The notes below the pieces were generated by a model that did no database searches, was not told the DNA's origin, and saw only the letters and a list, made by a program, of their open reading frames with translations. From assembly GCF_902459465.1 (NCBI RefSeq), contig NC_047063.1, positions 16,554,001-16,618,000 of the forward strand: a stretch of 64,000 nt of DNA, in the 5' to 3' direction. This DNA is from Asterias rubens (taxonomy: Eukaryota). The first letter of the stretch is position 1. Each line of letters begins with the position of its first letter. Positions 62,501-64,000 of the stretch are shown in pieces. A program made the translations under genes and the position numbers.

Positions 62501-64000
62501 TAACTGCAAACTGTACATATTGGTCTGAAGTTCCCACCCCGTTTCTCAGCCTTCCAGAAAGACTCTGCCAGTGTATAAAAACGTCGGTCCATTAACTATT
62601 TTGGGCCTCAATAATTTATTTGACTTTTAAAAGGATAACGATATACATTATAAATTTGCATAATTTATTCTTCAACTTGAATAATTCCTAAATGCATCAG
62701 TGAACAGAGTCAGTCCATTAGCAGGCTAGTATAAATTGCACACAATAGACTTTTTTTCCTTTTTAAAGATGAATATTTGATGATTACCTTGGCCATTTTG
62801 TTAGAGTTCATTTAACTGAAGAAAAAAAACCATATACAGTTTGAAACCTACGATTTGAAACCTACGAGTTTAATATTTTATTTTGCATAAAACAAAAATG
62901 ATATATACTAGAAGCAAAGCTTGTGAAATGAACCTCTAAGCTTTCATTTTGTGTTGGTTACTGGAACTGGGAAGTATCTTTTAAATAACCCCGCCCTCCC
63001 AGACGTTTTTGTTCTATTCATTTTTAGTAACATTTAAATTAGGTTTTATTTAAGACATATGCATTAAAATTCAAGCATAAAATTATAGACCCATTTAGAG
63101 GGTTTCTTTAAACTTTTGTATCTAACTCCATTGTCGTGCATGTATGATTTTTTTTTCTCTTTCAGATTCGTTTGAGCCACTCTATTTTATTAATAGGTAT
63201 TCAAGACCCTTCTTAAGTTAATTTTTTTTTTATACCTATATGTATTGTCATTATTGGTGGAATCGAAATTAAGACTCATTAAGACTCACAGCACACATGT
63301 ATTATTTTTTTGTTGGGAAAAGAGATTGAAGTTTCATCCGTCCAAATTTAACACGAGTTGTGGCCCAACGAATAGCTTCGTAAATGAGTCCTCGCACTTG
63401 AGTTGCAACTGTAAGAGACGTTTCCGTATTGTCTACATTTCTTTAAACATAATTTGTTTTGTCACCAACTACTCGTTTTGACTACCTCCAGATTAAAGTT
63501 AATGCCTGAACTCGATGATAACGTAAAAGTCCGTCAATAAAGTAAATAAAAACTTACTTAATAACGTTGAAATGAAAATAAAATATCCTTAAGAATGTTT
63601 GATTATTTCGTTTGGGGTCTGACGTTTCGACTCCTGTAGAATTTGTCTAAAAATAAACATTTAGCCCTCGACAAGGACTCAAGGTAGAAAGGGCCGAAAC
63701 GTCGGGCCTTTAACTACAGTTGCATTTATACCAAACGTCAGATTGCTGCATATGTGTACTTTCTAATTCTAGATAGTTGTGCACAGCTGATTAAATCAAC
63801 CATTAATAACTAAATTATTCACTCTTCTTCAATGGACTGTCACTGACCACGGGCTGCTATATTTTGATCAAAATCGCTTTAACTTAAATTCAACTCAGAT
63901 TATCTGCCCTTAAATAGTCGAAATAGATACAAGATTGAAACGAATTTGATTAATATTAATTCAAAGATATTTATTGCTCAATTATATAACTTAATAGTTC

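Overview
AT-rich eukaryotic genomic DNA from an intron-rich invertebrate; the repeat and gene set suggest an echinoderm such as a sea star (inference). The window holds three host genes. (1) A divergent Rab GDP-dissociation inhibitor on the minus strand; 7 coding exons are resolved and the C-terminus probably lies beyond the left edge. (2) A head-to-head SUR/ABCC8-9-like ABC transporter on the plus strand, with 26 predicted coding exons and about 1192 aa. Its model splices in frame from the NBD1 Walker A exon directly into the second half of TMD2, so about 400 aa are absent. (3) A secreted fibrinogen-related-domain (FReD) gene of about 380 aa. The intron after its signal-peptide exon contains a complete, recently inserted 6.7-kb Ngaro-type tyrosine-recombinase retrotransposon (split direct repeats, gag, RT/RNase H, YR with one nonsense codon, SGNH hydrolase). 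The window also has a 1.92-kb near-identical tandem duplication, about 20 copies of a TTAA-flanked Kolobok/T2-type MITE, many other hairpin MITEs, tRNA-derived SINEs and Penelope-type hammerhead-like motifs with a U3-A8 variant core. All gene models were built by eye from GT-AG junctions, codon phase and recalled protein motifs; no database search was run.
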